A DNA stretch of 64,000 bases, from positions 384,001-448,000 of the forward strand of contig JBLWTJ010000002.1 in assembly GCA_048270185.1 (NCBI GenBank), read 5' to 3'. This document shows, piece by piece, positions 1-9,111 of the stretch. Made by a program: the position numbers and the translations under genes. The stretch's first letter is position 1, and each line of letters opens with the position of its first letter. This DNA is from Bacteriovoracaceae bacterium. GTDB lineage: Bacteria > Bdellovibrionota > Bacteriovoracia > Bacteriovoracales > Bacteriovoracaceae. The notes under the pieces are model-generated. The model was not told the DNA's origin and did not search any database. It was given only the letters and a program-made list of their open reading frames with translations.

Positions 1-52
1 TAAAACATATATAAGATAGACACATTGTATTAACAACCAGAAAGTTAAATAT

Positions 53-1282
53 ATGAAAATATTAGTAGGTGTATGTGGCTCTGTTTCCGCATATAAGTCA
101 ATTGAGTTTATTCGCGGTCTTGTCAAGAAAGACCATGAAGTTCGTGTGCTCTTAACGAAAGGGGCCCAAGAATTCGTTAATTCAAACCTCTACACTTACC
201 TTGGTGCCAATGAAGTTTATGGGGCCCAAGAAGACTTTTCAGGCTCAGTTGAAACAAAGTCAGTCTTACATATTGAATTAGCAAAGTGGGCCGATGAGCT
301 TCATATCTATCCAGCAAGTGCTAACACTATTGCCAAGCTTGCGATGGGAATGAGTGATGATCTTCTAAGCTCTGTCTTTCTTGCTGGTTGGGATAAGTTC
401 AAAACGGTGATCTATCCGGCCATGAATACATCAATGTGGACTAATCCTATTACTCAAGAAAATATTGATCTCATGAAACGTCTTGCTCACCAAGAGCAAG
501 TCTATATTTATGAACCACAAGTTGGAACACTTGCTTGTGGCGATACAGGTGCAGGAAAAATCCCTGATGTCGAAGAAGTTCTCGCAAATTTTGATGCTAT
601 TAATTCTTCAATTAATGAAAAATCAAAACATGTAGTTATTACTGCAGGCGCAACAGTTGCACCTATTGATCCAGTTCGCTTTGTAACAAATCCTTCATCA
701 GGAAAGACCGGTTATGAAATTGCCAAAGAGGCTCTCCGCTTAGGAAACCGAGTGACGATTCTTCTCGGTGTTAATTCATGTCCAGGCTTTACTTACCTTG
801 CCAAACTTCCAGGTGTGCGAATTATCAATGTAAGAACAACCGATGAAATGTATGAAGCTGCTAAGTCCCTTGAGAATCAATTTGATGCTTATATTTCAAC
901 TGCGGCTATTAGTGATCTTAAGTTTAAAACATCTGACTGTAAGTTAAAGAAGGAAGCTCTCTCTTCTTCAAATCTTGAATTTGAAAAAGCTCCAGACGTT
1001 CTTTCATATATTGTTTCAAATAAACTCGATCATCAGGTCATTGTAGGATTTGCTGCTGAGACTGACTTAACAAAAGAAATCCTCGAATCCAAATATAACC
1101 GTAAGCCAACGAAGCTTTTAATTGGAACTCACGTTGATAGTGGGCTTTGTAAGAGCGAAAGAAAAGGCTTTGGGAATAATGAAGCTAATTATACGATCCT
1201 AACTGATGGGTCGATTGACTTTAGTGGTGAGCTTTCAAAAGTAGAACTAGCTAAAGAGATTTTTAAAAGGATCAAGCTTTGA
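53..1282 (+). CDS. coaBC: Bifunctional phosphopantothenoylcysteine decarboxylase / phosphopantothenate-cysteine ligase
   Basis: N-terminal flavoprotein motifs (GSVSAYK, HIELAKWAD, PASANTIAK, PAMN, LACGDTG) and C-terminal CoaB motifs (TAGAT..IDPVRFVTNPSSGKTG, VGFAAET). Confidence 0.95.
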   Translation: MKILVGVCGSVSAYKSIEFIRGLVKKDHEVRVLLTKGAQEFVNSNLYTYLGANEVYGAQEDFSGSVETKSVLHIELAKWADELHIYPASANTIAKLAMGMSDDLLSSVFLAGWDKFKTVIYPAMNTSMWTNPITQENIDLMKRLAHQEQVYIYEPQVGTLACGDTGAGKIPDVEEVLANFDAINSSINEKSKHVVITAGATVAPIDPVRFVTNPSSGKTGYEIAKEALRLGNRVTILLGVNSCPGFTYLAKLPGVRIINVRTTDEMYEAAKSLENQFDAYISTAAISDLKFKTSDCKLKKEALSSSNLEFEKAPDVLSYIVSNKLDHQVIVGFAAETDLTKEILESKYNRKPTKLLIGTHVDSGLCKSERKGFGNNEANYTILTDGSIDFSGELSKVELAKEIFKRIKL

Positions 1283-2148
1283 AGATCATTGAACACAGAA
1301 GTGAATTAATTTCGACAATGAAAGAAATCTCACATGAGGAGCTTGGACTTGTTCCAACAATGGGAAATCTTCATGCAGGCCACATGAGCCTCGTTCAAGA
1401 AGCTCTTGATACTTGCGATAAAGTAGTGGTGACGATTTTTGTTAATCCAAAACAATTTGGACCAAATGAAGACCTCGCAACATATCCACGTACACCTCAA
1501 GAAGATACCGAACTGATTAAAGAACTTGCCGGAGAACGCCACGAAGATATTATTGTCTTCATGCCACGTGGAAACGAAGAAGTTTACCCTCCGGGATTTA
1601 ATACCGAAGTAACGGTTTTAGGTCTTACTGCAAAACTTTGTGGAAAGAGCCGTCCTACTCATTTTAGTGGTGTAACAACTGTTGTTTATCAACTCTTTTC
1701 ACTAGTAAAGCCTGCTCGTGCATACTTTGGTCAAAAAGACTTTCAACAAGTTTGTGTTATAAAAAAAATGGTTAATGATCTCAATCTTGAAGTTGATATT
1801 AAAACCGTACCAATTAAAAGAGAAGACTCAGGCCTTGCCCTATCTTCACGCAACGGTTATTTAAAAAATGAAGAAAAAGAAATCGCACTTACTCTCCCTA
1901 AGAAATTAGATGAGATCGAAGAGCTTCTTCGCTTTAATACTTGGGTTGATGCTCAAGCTGAACTAAATAATTTACTAGAAGAAACATTAAAAGATTCAAA
2001 CTGGGATTATCTTGAAGTCCTCGACAGTAAGAATCTTGAAGATGTTGAATTAAATACTAAAGAGATTGTCATTGCTGGTGCATACTTTGTAGGAGATCGC
2101 CCTACTCGCCTTATCGACAACAGAGTTTTGGAAATTACATATGCTTGA
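1279..2148 (+). CDS. panC: Pantoate-beta-alanine ligase
   Basis: VPTMGNLHAGH, IFVNPKQF, RPTHFSGV, FGQKDFQQ, GLALSSRN, RLIDN motifs; TTG start overlaps coaBC stop. Confidence 0.96.
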   Translation: MKIIEHRSELISTMKEISHEELGLVPTMGNLHAGHMSLVQEALDTCDKVVVTIFVNPKQFGPNEDLATYPRTPQEDTELIKELAGERHEDIIVFMPRGNEEVYPPGFNTEVTVLGLTAKLCGKSRPTHFSGVTTVVYQLFSLVKPARAYFGQKDFQQVCVIKKMVNDLNLEVDIKTVPIKREDSGLALSSRNGYLKNEEKEIALTLPKKLDEIEELLRFNTWVDAQAELNNLLEETLKDSNWDYLEVLDSKNLEDVELNTKEIVIAGAYFVGDRPTRLIDNRVLEITYA

Positions 2149-3460
2149 TAATGAATTTTATATTTCAAGAGAAGCAAAAGCTTCTCTCGTTTCACTTATT
2201 TGTCCTCGCTTAGAAGAGCATGCAACTGAAAAAGATACGATGCGAAGCTTAGACGAGCTACGAGAGCTAATGCGAACTCTAAATATTGAAACTGGTGAAC
2301 AATATATTCAAAATAAAAAAACTGTTGATGCTGGAACAATTTTAGGAACAGGAAAACTTGAAGAAATTGCGGCGGCCGCTCAAGCAGAAGGTTCATCTCT
2401 ACTCGTATTTGACTGTGAGCTAACATCAAGTCAAATTAGAAATATCAAAAAGCTTACAGGAATGTCTGTTGTTGACCGTTGTCACATCATTCTTGAAATT
2501 TTCTCTGAACACGCACGTACAAAAGAAGCACGAATCCAAATTGAAATCTCACGTCTACAATACATCCTTCCACGACTTGCTGGTTTTTGGTCTCACTTAG
2601 GCCGCCAAAAAGGTGGTATTGGAGTACGAGGAGGAGAGGGTGAGCAACAAATTGAGCTTGACCGTCGTATCATTCGAGAAAGAATTGAATTCTATAAGAA
2701 AGAACTTAAAGAAGTTGCCAAGTCTCGTATAGAACAAAAAAAGAAACGTTCACAAAAGGCCATCACGACAGCACTCGTAGGATATACAAATGCAGGAAAG
2801 TCTTCACTGATGAATCGCCTTTGTCGTGTCAATGTACTAGAAGAAGACAAACTCTTTGCGACACTTGATTCGACATTTAGGATGTTAAATCCTGATACAA
2901 AACCTCCAATGATTCTCATCGATACAGTTGGATTCTTATCAAACCTTCCAAACACACTAATTGATGGTTTCAAGACGACTCTTGAATCGGCCCTTGAAGC
3001 TGATCTACTTATAATTGTTTGTGATATTAGTGATCCTAACTATGAAAAGCACTTAGAGGTTACAAATAACGTACTCAATGAGCTTGGTCTTAAAGATAAG
3101 GATCGTTTCATTGTTTTTAATAAGAAAGATAAATTAAATGACAAAATAACTGAAAATATTATTAAGAGAAAGCATCCAGATAGCTTTGTTATCTCAAGTT
3201 TTGATAAGCAAAATATTGATGATCTTCGTGAATATATTGTTCAGTACTTTCTTGATCAACAGACAAATTACGATCTCTTTATTCCATATGATGCCGGAGC
3301 GGCCCACGCAGTCGTCGTTTCAAAAACTAACGTAATTAAGACAAGTAATCATGAGAAAGGAATCTACTATCAAGTTAGAGTACCTGACTTTATTTATAAC
3401 CCATTAGGGTTACAGAAATTTGAGCTAGGTCCTCACGACCCTCTCCTAGAAGAACTATAA
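2141..3460 (+). CDS. hflX: Ribosome-splitting GTPase HflX
   Basis: GTGKLEEI, RQKGGIG.RG.GE..IELDRR, VGYTNAGKSS, LFATLD, DTVGF, NKKD. Confidence 0.95.
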   Translation: MLDNEFYISREAKASLVSLICPRLEEHATEKDTMRSLDELRELMRTLNIETGEQYIQNKKTVDAGTILGTGKLEEIAAAAQAEGSSLLVFDCELTSSQIRNIKKLTGMSVVDRCHIILEIFSEHARTKEARIQIEISRLQYILPRLAGFWSHLGRQKGGIGVRGGEGEQQIELDRRIIRERIEFYKKELKEVAKSRIEQKKKRSQKAITTALVGYTNAGKSSLMNRLCRVNVLEEDKLFATLDSTFRMLNPDTKPPMILIDTVGFLSNLPNTLIDGFKTTLESALEADLLIIVCDISDPNYEKHLEVTNNVLNELGLKDKDRFIVFNKKDKLNDKITENIIKRKHPDSFVISSFDKQNIDDLREYIVQYFLDQQTNYDLFIPYDAGAAHAVVVSKTNVIKTSNHEKGIYYQVRVPDFIYNPLGLQKFELGPHDPLLEEL

Positions 3461-3498
3461 AGAAGAATTATAAAGTAGAGCTATAAGTCGAACTATAA
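3452..3498 (+). repeat. Four short direct repeats GA(A/G)(C/T)TATAA, period 12-13 bp
   Basis: GAACTATAA 3452-3460, GAATTATAA 3465-3473, GAGCTATAA 3478-3486, GAACTATAA 3490-3498. Confidence 0.7.
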
Positions 3499-3522
3499 AC
3501 TTATTTCTAAATAGTCCGATGA
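3496..3522 (+). promoter_or_regulatory. Putative sigma28 (FliA) promoter
   Basis: TAAA-N15-TCCGATGA versus consensus TAAA-N15-GCCGATAA. Confidence 0.6.
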
Positions 3523-3528
3523 GCGAGT

Positions 3529-3882
3529 ATGAAAAAAATCACACTCGCACTTCTTCTGACTCTAATGTCTTTTACTACTCAAGCAGGCATCATTGCTATT
3601 GATGTTGAATCCTATCACCGTACGGATATGGACTTCATGTTTATCATCAAAAACAAAAGCTATGATAAGGTTGTTCTGGACTGTCAGGGTTTTATTAATG
3701 CGCTAAACCTCTATAGTACTCGTGGACATGATATATTTACTATTCCAGGCTATGGACAGTGCATGGCCATCCATAACGAAATCATTAAAAATATTCGTGT
3801 GAAGAAAGATTCATGTGTTGCAATTAATGACGAAGTTGGTGAAATTCTAGTTTTAGATAGTAAGTGTCCCCAGGCCAAATAA
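3529..3882 (+). CDS. Hypothetical secreted protein
   Basis: Sec-type signal peptide (MKK..LALLLTLMSFTTQA); four Cys in mature region. Confidence 0.75.
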   Translation: MKKITLALLLTLMSFTTQAGIIAIDVESYHRTDMDFMFIIKNKSYDKVVLDCQGFINALNLYSTRGHDIFTIPGYGQCMAIHNEIIKNIRVKKDSCVAINDEVGEILVLDSKCPQAK

Positions 3883-3898
3883 TTGACCTGGGTATAAA

Positions 3899-4171
3899 TT
3901 AAGATATTCTTTTGATTAAGTGATATCCAAACTGAGTGCGAACGATTGGAGATAGCTCTCCTACTTCAAGAGCGAATGCTGCCTTTTCAAAAGGTGCAAC
4001 CATCATTCCCTTTCCAAATTCACCAAGATCCCCACCTTGCTGACCAGAAGGACAATTAGAATAATCTTTTGCTAATTCTTCAAAAGTTTTTCCATCTTCA
4101 ATTTTCTTTAGTAAATCTTTTGCTTCAAATTCTTGATCAACAAGAATATGAGCACAACGAATCTTTGCCAT
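3899..4171 (-). CDS. ppiC: Parvulin-type peptidyl-prolyl cis-trans isomerase (PpiC-like)
   Basis: AHILV, FEELAKDYS.CPSG..GGDLGEF.KG.M...FE.AAF, V.TQFGYHLI; start moved to ATG 4171 (MAKIRC), which follows AAGGAAA. Confidence 0.9.
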   Translation of the reverse strand: MAKIRCAHILVDQEFEAKDLLKKIEDGKTFEELAKDYSNCPSGQQGGDLGEFGKGMMVAPFEKAAFALEVGELSPIVRTQFGYHLIKRIS

Positions 4172-4270
4172 AGTATTTCCTTTGAATAATTTTTTTATGA
4201 ATGAAAGCGCCAATAGTACGTCCCTATAATAACGAGTAAAATGATAACTAACCCAATGTACATGTATAAC

Positions 4271-4618
4271 TCATCCTTCTCCATTAAAGTCTCCACAAAT
4301 ACGATTCAGATTGGTCATAAGATTCGCTATATCGACAGGAGCCTCTAGTGTTCGTTTTGAACTTCCTGCTCCGTTTGTAACGATTTGAACGACTGGGATA
4401 TTCTCACAGAATTCTTCTTCAATTTTTGAAATAGTATCAGCCGTCACAGTTGAGAGATCAACAAGAATTACTTCAGGTTTTATATCACGAATGAAATGAA
4501 AGGCGTCATTCTCATCACTTAGAGTGAAGAAATCCCCGCCTATCTCCTTACCAAGGGCCTCAATAGCAGTAATCATCATTTGGTTATTACTTAAAAAGAA
4601 TAGTTTTTTAATTTTCAC
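4271..4618 (-). CDS. Small degenerate receiver (CheY-like) domain protein
   Basis: Receiver-like pattern (KPEVILVDL, IPVVQI, APVD) but the N-terminal acidic pair and conserved Lys appear absent. Confidence 0.5.
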   Translation of the reverse strand: MKIKKLFFLSNNQMMITAIEALGKEIGGDFFTLSDENDAFHFIRDIKPEVILVDLSTVTADTISKIEEEFCENIPVVQIVTNGAGSSKRTLEAPVDIANLMTNLNRICGDFNGEG

Positions 4619-4668
4619 GCTTACGCCTTCATGTTACATTTAATTATAATCAAAACGAGGACCTGGAC

Positions 4669-4956
4669 ATGCCAAGCCGCATTAAAATTATAGATAACTT
4701 ATCTAATTCTACCTTATATGAGTACTCAATGGAAGAAGCGGATAAAGCCTATGAAAAATCGGAAGAACTAGAGGCCATGGGACTAGATATTAAGCTCGTT
4801 ATTCCCTCTGTATCTGAAACCCTAATTAGATCACTTGGCGCTGATTCCGACGCAGTTAATAAGTTAAGAGAAATGCTTGATGAAGAGATTGCCTCTCATA
4901 TTGAAGAAGAAGGTAGCTGTTCAATCTGTCTTCCTGACGGAAAGCTTAAACAGTAA
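4669..4956 (+). CDS. Hypothetical protein (acidic, C-terminal CxxC)
   Basis: 95-aa ORF with GAGGA RBS; CSIC near C-terminus. Confidence 0.7.
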   Translation: MPSRIKIIDNLSNSTLYEYSMEEADKAYEKSEELEAMGLDIKLVIPSVSETLIRSLGADSDAVNKLREMLDEEIASHIEEEGSCSICLPDGKLKQ

Positions 4957-4957
4957 T

Positions 4958-5725
4958 TTATTGACTAAATTCTTGCTCCATCGCTTTTGTTTGCTCTTGA
5001 ATTAACTTTAGTGACTTCATCGCCTCTTTAAGTTCAGGACTATTCTCAATGGCCTTTTTAATATCTGACTGATCAATATCTTGACCAGTCTTCTGACTCG
5101 CCTTCTTGATATTTTCCTCAAAGGCCTTATCTAAATCTGAAGAATCACCTAGTCCAATATCTGAACCCTCGACTTTTTCAATACTACTAAGAGGCAAATA
5201 GAGACCCCCTAGAACACCACAATCAACTAAACTTCCATTTGGTTCAACAATTATATCGAGCTCAATTTTCTTAGTGTGCTTCTTTCCGCCATAGGCATTA
5301 TTATTATACATCTGCATCTCTAGTATGACTGAAGCTTCACCACGATACTCTTGCGCACCATCTTTCTTATCTAAATAGAGATCCGCCACTTTAATTGATA
5401 CTAAGGCGAAGTTTGTCCCAGCAATCTTCTGCCCAATCTTGTATTTCACTTTACCATCTGGTCGCTTAATTGATTCAATTTCCAGCCCATCACTTAAGTT
5501 CCCATAATCTTGTAAACTCGATTTACAGATACCAGGCTTTCCAAGATAGGCTTTAAATGCCTGATAGAAATTATTGACCTCTGCTTGGTTGATGACTGAT
5601 TTCGTTGACTTCATTTGTGTCTGTTGAAACTTCATGAAGCCCAAGGCAACAACGGCCAAAAGGCCTGCGGCGATTGTGACCTCTAATAGTGAAAAACCGG
5701 CATTATTCTTTAGTAATTTCTTCAT
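4958..5725 (-). CDS. Type IV pilin / pseudopilin-like protein with prepilin cleavage-methylation motif
   Basis: Basic leader then G|FSLLEV and a hydrophobic helix (class III signal peptide). Confidence 0.85.
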   Translation of the reverse strand: MKKLLKNNAGFSLLEVTIAAGLLAVVALGFMKFQQTQMKSTKSVINQAEVNNFYQAFKAYLGKPGICKSSLQDYGNLSDGLEIESIKRPDGKVKYKIGQKIAGTNFALVSIKVADLYLDKKDGAQEYRGEASVILEMQMYNNNAYGGKKHTKKIELDIIVEPNGSLVDCGVLGGLYLPLSSIEKVEGSDIGLGDSSDLDKAFEENIKKASQKTGQDIDQSDIKKAIENSPELKEAMKSLKLIQEQTKAMEQEFSQ

Positions 5726-5794
5726 AAATATATTTTAGGGGAATTTGTGATTTGAAGGAAGTGGGTATTTTGGTTTTATTTCTAGGGAGTTATG

Positions 5795-5834
5795 GGCCGG
5801 TTGGTTGATTGGCTGGTTGGCTGGTTGGCTGGCT
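5795..5834 (+). repeat. GG-rich microsatellite, (TTGGCTGG)x3 core
   Basis: GGCCGGTTGGTTGATTGGCTGGTTGGCTGGTTGGCTGGCT in an AT-rich background. Confidence 0.8.
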
Positions 5835-5867
5835 AACTTTAGCTTCGCTAAAGTGTCGCTTGGGAAT

Positions 5868-5894
5868 AAAAAAAGGCTACCTTTCGGTAGCCTT
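5868..5894 (-). terminator. Rho-independent terminator downstream of rpsA
   Basis: Minus strand AAGGCTACC-GAAA-GGTAGCC followed by T7. Confidence 0.85.
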
Positions 5895-5924
5895 ATATAT
5901 CTTTTTTATGAAGATATTCTTTTT

Positions 5925-6066
5925 GCAATCACTTCGTGATTGCGTTGCTCCTGAGACGAACCGTCGTGCATAAATGCACTCCTCTCGACCAGTTGCTTGC
6001 TCCTTTCGAGGGGAGCTAGCACCGCAAACAATAGACTGGCCTTAGCCAGTCAATTTTGCGGGTGCT
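5925..6066. repeat. Multi-hairpin intergenic element in rpsA 3' region; related to 53267-53391 and to the 50394-50725 units
   Basis: 6010-6066 aligns without gaps to 53335-53391; CGAACCG-N18-CTCTCG (5957-5987) is shared with the reverse complement of the 50.4-kb units. Confidence 0.75.
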
Positions 6067-7799
6067 TACTCGTCATTTCCTAAGTTGAAACCCTTAAGAA
6101 CATCACCAAGAGTTGCAGACTTAACTACATCTTGTTGCATTCCTTGAGTATCAGAGTTTAGAGCAGACTTGATAGAAAGAGCGATTTTCTTCGCATCTTT
6201 ATCAAGAGAGATAACCATAGCTTTAACTACGTCACCTTTCTTAACTACGTCTTCTGGCTTCTCAACTCTATCTTCAGAAAGTTCAGAGATATGAACTAGA
6301 CCTTCAATACCAGTTTCAAGTTCAACGAAAGCACCAAAGTCAGTTACTCTAACGATTTGAGCTTCAACAATTGTACCAACTGGAAGTCTTGTTTCAATTT
6401 TCTTCCATGGATCTTCTTTAAGTTGCTTAACACCTAGACAGAATTTTTGGTTTTCTTTATCAACTGAAACTACAGCAGCTTCAATCTCGTCACCAACTTT
6501 GTATTCGTCATTTAGGTTGATGTTCTTCTTAGTCCAAGAGAAATCAGATACGTGAATTAGAGCATCTACTTCTTCACCTAGGTCAACGAAGATACCAAAT
6601 TCAACGATTGATTTGATTTTTCCGTTAACTTTTGAACCAACAGGGAACTTAGCTTCTAGAGCATCCCATGGGTTTTCTTGAAGTTGCTTGATACCAAGAG
6701 AAATTCTCTTGTTTTCAACGTCAACTTCTAGAACTTGAGCTTCAACGATCTCACCAACTGTGAAGTGCTTAGTTGGGTTTTTGATTGAGTTAGTCCAAGA
6801 CATTTCAGAAACGTGGATTAGACCTTCGATTCCGTCATCAAGTTCAATGAAGATACCGTAATCTTTAACAGATACGATTTCACCTTTAACTTTAGTTCCT
6901 GCAACGTATTTCTCGTTAGCAGTTTCCCATGGATTATCTTGAACTTGCTTAAGACCAAGAGATACTCTTTCTTTTTCTTTATCAAACTTAAGAATCTTAA
7001 CTTCGATTTCGTCACCAAGAGTTAGGATATTAGATGGGTGCTTAACACGTCCCCATGACATATCAGTGATGTGTAGAAGACCGTCAATTCCACCTAGATC
7101 GATGAATGCACCGTAATCAGTGATGTTTTTAACGATACCTTTAACAACCATTCCTTCTTCAATTTGAGAAAGAACTTCACCACGTAGTTTACCTCTTTCT
7201 TCTGCAAGAATTGCTCTTCTTGAAAGAACGATGTTTCCACGTTTCTTGTTAAACTTGATAACTTTGAATTCCATCTTTTTACCGATGAATTTATCAAGGT
7301 TTCTAGTTGGTCTAACATCAATTTGTGAACCAGGTAAGAAAGCCTTAACACCGATATCAACAGAAAGACCACCCTTAACTTTTGCTACAACTGTACCAGT
7401 AACTGGAGTACCGTCTTCACATGCTTCAGAAATTTTATCCCAAGCTTTAAGGATTTGAGCTTTGTCCATTGAAAGAACAAGGTTACCCATGTGTGACTCA
7501 AGTTTATCAAGATAAACTTCAATTTCATCACCAAGTGCAACTTTTAGAGAACCATCGTAATTAGTGAATTCTCTTTTTGGAACAAGACCTTCTTGCTTGT
7601 ATCCAATGTCAACAAGTACGAAATCTGGTGAGATGTTTACAATTTTACCTTTGAAAACTTCACCTTCTGTAAATGTTGGAGTTTCTGTCGAATCTAATAG
7701 TTTCGAAAACTCTGTTTCATCTCTTGTCTCGATGTCTTCACCAAGTACAACTTCATAACCTTGCATCCAAGATTGTTTTAGATTGTTTAAATCTGTCAT
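6066..7799 (-). CDS. rpsA: 30S ribosomal protein S1
   Basis: Six S1 repeats (DIGYKQEG, AFLPGSQ, YGAFIDLGGIDGLLHITDMSW, IEGLIHVSEMSW, IEGLVHISELS). Confidence 0.97.
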   Translation of the reverse strand: MTDLNNLKQSWMQGYEVVLGEDIETRDETEFSKLLDSTETPTFTEGEVFKGKIVNISPDFVLVDIGYKQEGLVPKREFTNYDGSLKVALGDEIEVYLDKLESHMGNLVLSMDKAQILKAWDKISEACEDGTPVTGTVVAKVKGGLSVDIGVKAFLPGSQIDVRPTRNLDKFIGKKMEFKVIKFNKKRGNIVLSRRAILAEERGKLRGEVLSQIEEGMVVKGIVKNITDYGAFIDLGGIDGLLHITDMSWGRVKHPSNILTLGDEIEVKILKFDKEKERVSLGLKQVQDNPWETANEKYVAGTKVKGEIVSVKDYGIFIELDDGIEGLIHVSEMSWTNSIKNPTKHFTVGEIVEAQVLEVDVENKRISLGIKQLQENPWDALEAKFPVGSKVNGKIKSIVEFGIFVDLGEEVDALIHVSDFSWTKKNINLNDEYKVGDEIEAAVVSVDKENQKFCLGVKQLKEDPWKKIETRLPVGTIVEAQIVRVTDFGAFVELETGIEGLVHISELSEDRVEKPEDVVKKGDVVKAMVISLDKDAKKIALSIKSALNSDTQGMQQDVVKSATLGDVLKGFNLGNDE

Positions 7800-7922
7800 A
7801 ATTTACCTCACGGTAGACAACTGAAAGTGTCCAATCAGTGCCTTAATTTTTGATATCTAAAGGCAAGGCCTTTAGTGTAAATCTCTTCTACTGAAGACAA
7901 TTTACTTTAAATGATTTTGCGA

Positions 7923-7951
7923 ATCTTATGATTTTCGGGGCCCTATGTCAA
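7923..7951 (-). promoter_or_regulatory. Sigma70 promoter of rpsA
   Basis: Minus strand TTGACA-N17-TAAGAT about 125 nt upstream of the start codon. Confidence 0.8.
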
Positions 7952-7963
7952 TCAAGTTTTTGT

Positions 7964-9109
7964 TTAATTATAGAACCTTAGGCGCTTGTTGAGGTGCTTT
8001 TCATAGAGTTTAAAGAGATTATATTTATAACCATCGATTCCATGCTCATTCCATAACTCATCGCGTGACCTTTCACATGAATTCTTATATTCACCTAAGT
8101 TCATCACAATATCCTTTACCTTAGCGCGTAACTCACGAGAATCACCTTGGCGGTAAGTCTCAAGTGCCCCTTGATAGATACGATGAAGCTCTTGGGTCGT
8201 AGCATTTCGAGGAACAGCAGTCGGAATCCCCTTTAAGATGGCCAAAAGTGCATAGTCTTCAATTGGCGACTTAGATGTATAAGAAATCCAAATATCAGAC
8301 TTCACCTCGTAAATATTATCTCTTTCATGAAATTCAACATGATTTTCCAACTTATATTCGGCCACTCGATCTTGAATCGGCTGGTATAAAATATTTCGTT
8401 CCCACTTACGATTTGAAAAAATATGTAACTTAAATCTCTTGGACATAGATGAGTCGAGATTTAGGGCCCACAGAGACTCGAGACAAACAGTTAAATCATC
8501 CAACTCAACTTCATGATCATTCACCCAACATGAAAGATGAATGACTTCCTCCTCATCGAAAGTGAACTTCTTTTCAAAGCCAATTTTTTGAACCCCAAGT
8601 CCAGAAGAATAAATCTTTCGAATTGGAACATCCATGTGGGTGTTAATTGATTCAATCATTTCTCTAAATGGTATAAAGATCAGATCAATTCTTCTAATCA
8701 ATGGACGATACCAAAATTGTTTATAGAATTTAGTTACTTCAAAATTTATCGTAAAAAAGAGTGCCGTTAGATTTCTTTTCCTAAGATATGAAGCTAGCGG
8801 CCAAAGAAAGTTCAATTGGTAACAGTGAACAATATTAATGTCATATCTTTTAATAATACTCTTAAGTTTTCCAAGCTTATACCAGTTCCAAACTCGAAGC
8901 TTTGTCGTACCAGTATGAAAGATACAATCAATACCCACTTTCTTACACTCACGATGAAGAAAAGAATCTTTTAAGCAATAAATGAAAATATTATGACCGA
9001 TTTCTTTTAATAATAAACAATCTCTCAAAAGCATACGTTCTCTTGAACCTGAACTATAGGTTGGAGAAACATAGAGAATATTTTGTTGCTTCCTAAAGAG
9101 ATTAACCAT
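7964..9109 (-). CDS. Glycosyltransferase, GT-B/GT4-like (divergent)
   Basis: GT4-like layout (GH.I.IY, IVHC, VEFH, AILKGIP, GDSREL); last gene of the lpx operon. Confidence 0.6.
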   Translation of the reverse strand: MVNLFRKQQNILYVSPTYSSGSRERMLLRDCLLLKEIGHNIFIYCLKDSFLHRECKKVGIDCIFHTGTTKLRVWNWYKLGKLKSIIKRYDINIVHCYQLNFLWPLASYLRKRNLTALFFTINFEVTKFYKQFWYRPLIRRIDLIFIPFREMIESINTHMDVPIRKIYSSGLGVQKIGFEKKFTFDEEEVIHLSCWVNDHEVELDDLTVCLESLWALNLDSSMSKRFKLHIFSNRKWERNILYQPIQDRVAEYKLENHVEFHERDNIYEVKSDIWISYTSKSPIEDYALLAILKGIPTAVPRNATTQELHRIYQGALETYRQGDSRELRAKVKDIVMNLGEYKNSCERSRDELWNEHGIDGYKYNLFKLYEKHLNKRLRFYN

Positions 9110-9111
9110 AA

